From Macrostomum lignano (lineage: Eukaryota): DNA of 64,000 nucleotides. The translations under genes were made by a program, and so were the position numbers. A model generated the notes under the pieces. That model was not told the origin of the DNA. It worked only from the letters and a program-made list of their open reading frames with translations, and did not search any database. The stretch spans positions 186,001 through 250,000 of the forward strand of contig NIVC01000022.1 in the NCBI GenBank assembly GCA_002269645.1, read 5' to 3'. Of this stretch, positions 59,701 to 64,000 are shown piece after piece; position 1 is the stretch's first letter; each line of letters starts with the position of its first letter.

Positions 59701-62665
59701 TCAATGAGCAGAGAGGCAGACTCAATGAGCAGAGAGGCAAATTCAATGAGCAGAGAGGAAGATTTAATGAGCAGAGAGGCAGATTCAATGAGCAGAGGGG
59801 CAGACTCAATGAGCAGAGAGGCAAATTCAATGAGCAGAGAGGAAGATTTAATGAGCAGAGAGGCAGACTCAATGAGCAGAGAGGCAAATTCAATGAGCAG
59901 AAAGGCAGACTCAATTAGCAGAGAGGCAAATTCAATGAGCAGAAAGGAAGATTCAATGAGCAGAGAGGCAGACTCAATGAGCAGAGAGGCAGACTCAATG
60001 AGCAGAGAGGCAGACTCAATGAGCAGAGAGGCAGACTCAATGAGCAGAGAGGCAGACTCAATGAGCAGAGATGCAGATTCAAAAAGAAGGAAGCGGGAAC
60101 AAAAACAAAATAAGAGTGAAGAAAGAATTCTCTCACTGAATGAACTGTCCCTTGTAGGTCAGCTCCTCTTCCTCATCATCCTGAGCCTCTTTGGCTAGCT
60201 TAGCTTCATCATGCTTTGATTCGTCTGTGGAAGAAAATGGGTGATCAAAAAATGAATTTAATAAAATACTGTCGAATGTGGAATGATTTAATTCGGCAAT
60301 GAACTCAACTCCAGACTCACCCGGACCGATGAAGCAGACCGCGCCAGACACGGCGCCCAGCTTGGCGCCGAAGCTGGGATTCTTGAGAATCGCTGTGAAC
60401 TGCTTTGAGGCCTGTGAGAAGCAAGTTTTAATATGCCAGTGCATTTAAAACCTAAATTAAGCTACCTGCTTTTAACTGACACTGCCGATATGTATCGAAA
60501 AATAACTCACAGCGCTGGCCTCGTTGATGCGAATTTCCACAGTTTTCTGCATCTCGCCGTGTTTGAAGGTCGCCTGCTCGTTGCAGGCCACGTAGTCGAA
60601 GCTCTTGCAGTTGTCACCGCCGACTGCTGAGCCGTCTCTGCCGGGTTCGATGGAGTGGCCGGGTCATTAAATATTTATCACCTGTACCCTCATTATCTCC
60701 TTAGCACTTGTGCCCTTATTATCTCCTTATCACCGTACCCTCATTATACCCTTATCATCTGTTGTATTGTACATGCCTTTATGCCTTCACGCTTTTCTCT
60801 GACTAGCTTTAGCCCTCTTGTCCAACGTGCACTAGCACTGGCCCCGACAACCATTGCGTAACACTGTAGCCGCACGTCGGCAGTGAGTCTATAAAATAGC
60901 TCAAATATACGGTCCACGAGACCAGTTTTGTCGCCACACACTAGCGGACTACACCTGTGCTCTCATTATCTCCTTATCACCTGTGCCCTCATTATCTCTT
61001 TATCACCTACGCCCATTATATGCGTAGGTGACATTCTTATCATTCTTAAGAATGATAAGAATGACATTCTTATTCCATCATTATATTCTTATCACCTGTT
61101 CCCTCATTATTTCTTTATCACCTGCGCCCTCATTATCTACTTATCACCTGTGCCCTCATTATCTCTTTATCACCTACGCCCTCATTATCTTCTTATCACC
61201 TGTTCCCTCATTATTTCTTTATCACCTGCGCCCTCATTATCTACTTATCACCTGTGCCCTCATTATCTCCTTATCAACTGTGCCGTCCTTATCTCATTTT
61301 CACCTGCACCATCATTATCTCTTGCTGTCATTATTATCGCCCTCATTATCACCTGTGCCCTCATTATCTCTTTATCACCTGCGCCCTCATTATCTCCTTA
61401 TCACCTGTGCCCTCATTATCTCCTTATCAACTGTGCCCTCATTATCTCTTTATCACCTGCGCCCTCATTATCTCCTTATCACCTGTTCCCTCATTATTTC
61501 TTTATCACCTGCGCCCTCATTATCTACTTATCACCTGTGCCCTCATTATCTACTTATCACCTGTTCCCTCATTATTTCTTTATCACCTGCGCCCTCATTA
61601 TCTACTTATCACCTGTGCCCTCATTATCTACTTATCACCTGTGCCCTCATTATCTCCTTATCAACTGTGCCCTCATTATCTCCTTATCAACTGTGCCCTC
61701 ATTATCTACTTATCACCTGTGCCCTCATTATCTCCTTATCACCTGTGCCCTCATTATTTCATATCGGCTCACTCGGTGCAGACGTCCAGCGTGACGGTGC
61801 CATCGGAGCCGCCCATCCTGTCGATGACAAGGCGCAGCACCGCGGAGCTCGGGTCGCCGTGAAAATAAGTTGACGCAAAGTCGAACTCGCCAGGAACTAA
61901 TGAATTGAACAGGTGGGTTCGGCTGGTCAGTTAATTCGCTGGTGGGAGCTGTGGGCGCTGCAGCAGCTTAAAGCGACAATGGGCACGCAGCCAGCAAGGA
62001 GGCAAGCCGTCATGTGCTGAGCATGCTCACACGGTGTACAGCGCCAAACATTTGCTCACTCATTCATTCGCTCACTCACTCATTTGCTCACTCACTCATT
62101 TGCTCATTCACTCATTTGCTCACTCACTCATTTGCTCACTCACTCATTTGCTCATTCACTCATTTGCTCATTCACTCATTTGCTCACTCACTCATTTGCT
62201 CACTCACTCATTTGCTCACTCACTCATTTGCTCACTCACTCATTTGCTCACTCACTCATTTGCTCACTCACTCATTTGCTCACTCACTCATTTGCTCACT
62301 CACTCATTTGCTCACTCACTCATTTGCTCACTCACTCATTTGCTCACTCACTCATTTGCTCACTCACTCATTTGCTCACTCACTCATTTGCTCACTCACT
62401 CATTTGCTCACTCACTCATTTGCTCATTCACTCATTTTCTCACTCACTCATTTGCTCATTCACTCATTTGCTCATTCACTCATTTGTCATTTGCTCACTC
62501 ACCGTCATCATCAATTATGGTGACCTTGGCCACACCGGGATCGCCAATAATGCCGCTTTCTTCCGGGCAACTCAAATCGATGAAAAACTCCTTGTCCGCT
62601 TCGTACTCATAGTCATCAATGATGGGAATGCGGATTGTCTTCACGTACTCGTCCTCGTTGAATAT
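53777..62665 (-). CDS. NCX: Na+/Ca2+ exchanger (SLC8/NCX), 3' part only; complement(join(62503..62665,61773..61896,60511..60637,60321..60411,60137..60224,58373..58495,57318..57393,56153..56306,54991..55163,53777..53956))
   Basis: Calx-beta domain 1 ([26 protein letters not shown]) and Calx-beta domain 2. Alpha-2 repeat [41 protein letters not shown]; C-terminal [18 protein letters not shown]. Ten exons are phase-consistent; the 5' exons lie beyond 64000. Confidence 0.93.
53985..54925. repeat. 20-bp minisatellite (TTAGTTCCCATGTCTGACAC)n
   Basis: NCX last intron. Confidence 0.95.
55185..56098. repeat. 10-bp minisatellite (GTGATTGACA)n
   Basis: NCX intron. Confidence 0.95.
56415..57222. repeat. 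23-bp minisatellite (GATGGGTATTTAGGCGTGCCAGA)n
   Basis: NCX intron. Confidence 0.95.
57560..58235. repeat. ~21-bp-based minisatellite (CCCTAGATCCCACTCACTGAT)n with higher-order units
   Basis: NCX intron. Confidence 0.9.
58545..60080. repeat. 21-bp minisatellite (ATGAGCAGAGAGGCAGACTCA)n
   Basis: NCX intron; source of the MSREADS ORF. Confidence 0.95.
60670..61760. repeat. Minisatellite (TATCACCTGTGCCCTCATTATCTCCT)n
   Basis: NCX intron; split by the 60763-60953 insert. Confidence 0.9.
60763..60953. mobile_element. Solo-LTR-like 191-bp insert in a minisatellite
   Basis: TGTA..TACA ends, flanks TCTGT/CCTGT (1 mismatch), internal CTATAAAA; interrupts the TATCACCTGTGCCCTCAT array. Confidence 0.5.
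62050..62502. repeat. 12-bp minisatellite (CTCACTCATTTG)n abutting an NCX donor
   Basis: Tandem array ending at CTCAC 62498-62502. Confidence 0.95.
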
Positions 62666-62692
62666 CTTAATTGGTAGGCAGGCAGTTTATAA

Positions 62693-64000
<1,308 letters not shown>

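Noticed and set aside
58759-60198. 479-aa MSREADS-repeat ORF
   Set aside because: A 21-bp unit keeps the frame open; it lies antisense within an NCX intron, and its C-terminus is just the antisense of an NCX exon.

Overview
Eukaryotic (metazoan) genomic DNA using the standard code and spliceosomal introns. Many introns are filled by their own micro- or minisatellite, a landscape resembling what is reported for the flatworm Macrostomum (inference, not proven). Five protein-coding genes were assembled by hand from splice sites, with phases checked. They are a TMEM145/GPR180-family gene (-, 9 exons), a complete PDE8-type phosphodiesterase (+, 16 exons, 871 aa), a PRDM8-like gene (-, 5' end uncertain), a bZIP gene with one coding exon (+) and the 3' part of an SLC8/NCX Na/Ca exchanger (-). 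Mobile DNA comprises a TIR element with an 8-bp TSD and a truncated PHD ORF, two Penelope-like fragments with hammerhead ribozyme motifs, and two solo-LTR-like inserts. Almost all long ORFs in the supplied track are repeat artefacts. The most unusual observations are a GT-to-AG copy of one TMEM145 intron inside another intron of the same gene, minisatellites seeded from exon-intron junctions, and an overlapping uORF on the bZIP gene. Homologue sequences quoted are recalled from memory, not from a database search.
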